Below are positions 63,722 through 64,000 of a stretch of DNA of 64,000 nucleotides, piece by piece. The notes below the pieces were generated by a model that was not told the DNA's origin, searched no databases, and saw only the letters and a program-made list of their open reading frames with translations. The stretch lies in contig NJBG01000001.1 of assembly GCA_005222965.1 (NCBI GenBank), forward strand, positions 549,533 through 613,532, given 5' to 3'. The stretch is from Candidatus Woesearchaeota archaeon B3_Woes. GTDB taxonomy: Archaea; Nanobdellota; Nanobdellia; Woesearchaeales; B3-WOES. Position numbers and translations under genes: made by a program. Each line of letters starts with the position of its first letter. Position 1 is the first letter of the stretch.

Positions 63722-64000
63722 ATGGGAGATTATGACAAAAAAATCAGTACAAGAAAGCTTGTACTACAAAAAGTAGGTATAATAAATCTAGATGGATTGT
63801 ACCAAAATATGCAAAGATGGTTCTATGACAATTTATACTATTTTGATGAACCAACATCTAGGATAAGACCAGGTACTGCTGCTGGTATAGAATATGAATT
63901 CAAATGGAGTGCTTGGAGAAGAGTCAATGAGTATGTAAAATATAATATAAAAGTTTTTTTCCATATTTTTGATGCTCAAGATATCGAAGTTATAAAAGAT
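63722..64000 (+). CDS. hypothetical protein, 5' part only (runs off window)
   Basis: Hand translation from ATG 63722 is stop-free to 64000: MGDYDKKISTRKLVLQKVGIINLDGLYQNMQRWFYDNLYYFDEPTSRIRPGTAAGIEYEFKWSAWRRVNEYVKYNIKVFFHIFDAQDIEVIKD. Confidence 0.55.
   Translation, partial: MGDYDKKISTRKLVLQKVGIINLDGLYQNMQRWFYDNLYYFDEPTSRIRPGTAAGIEYEFKWSAWRRVNEYVKYNIKVFFHIFDAQDIEVIKD

Overview
AT-rich, gene-dense archaeal sequence. The gene content fits a small-genome DPANN-type archaeon: single-chain PriS-PriL primase, Hef, PCNA, archaeal RNase J, Mre11, and a tRNA with two BHB introns. Three blocks are visible.

(1) 1-26.8 kb is mostly core genes. These are primase, HtpX, Hef, TraB, a lamin-tail-domain surface protein, an AmmeMemoRadiSam radical SAM enzyme, a fused PyrB-PyrI aspartate carbamoyltransferase divergent from a PurF-like gene, tRNA-Leu(CAA), RNase J, PCNA, ScpB, GyrA, a THUMP methyltransferase and a bacterial-type AspRS.

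(2) 26.9-38.4 kb is an accessory island. It holds two secreted LamG proteins, an MNT/HEPN pair and a protein of about 1400 aa with 13 GNVGIGTxSP repeats, tail-fibre-like, whose signal peptide has no canonical start codon. Next comes an array of toxin-antitoxin cassettes (2x HicBA, AbrB/RelE, one more RelE-like pair). The array is punctuated by three copies of a conserved 110-230 bp element, each carrying a triple iteron. Beside it lies a Zn-ribbon/HTH plus RecB-like PD-(D/E)XK nuclease gene. I consider this repeat/cassette/nuclease arrangement the best candidate for an undescribed system.

(3) 38.4-50.8 kb is a surface-glycan cluster: a GT-C-like membrane protein, three GT4, a GT-A, a GT2 and a Wzm/Wzt ABC exporter. 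It also carries a sulfation module of two tandem sulfotransferases plus an HxGH-nucleotidyltransferase::APS-kinase fusion, and it shows recombination scars.

The remainder holds another RelE pair, Mre11, UDP-glucuronate decarboxylase, gatC-isf-gatA-gatB, a GTPase/DUF2073/Zn-ribbon trio, a Bat-type HTH regulator, a YchF-like GTPase and tandem paralogous hypotheticals. No rRNA, CRISPR array, integrase or reverse transcriptase was seen. All functional calls rest on motif reading by eye, not on database searches.
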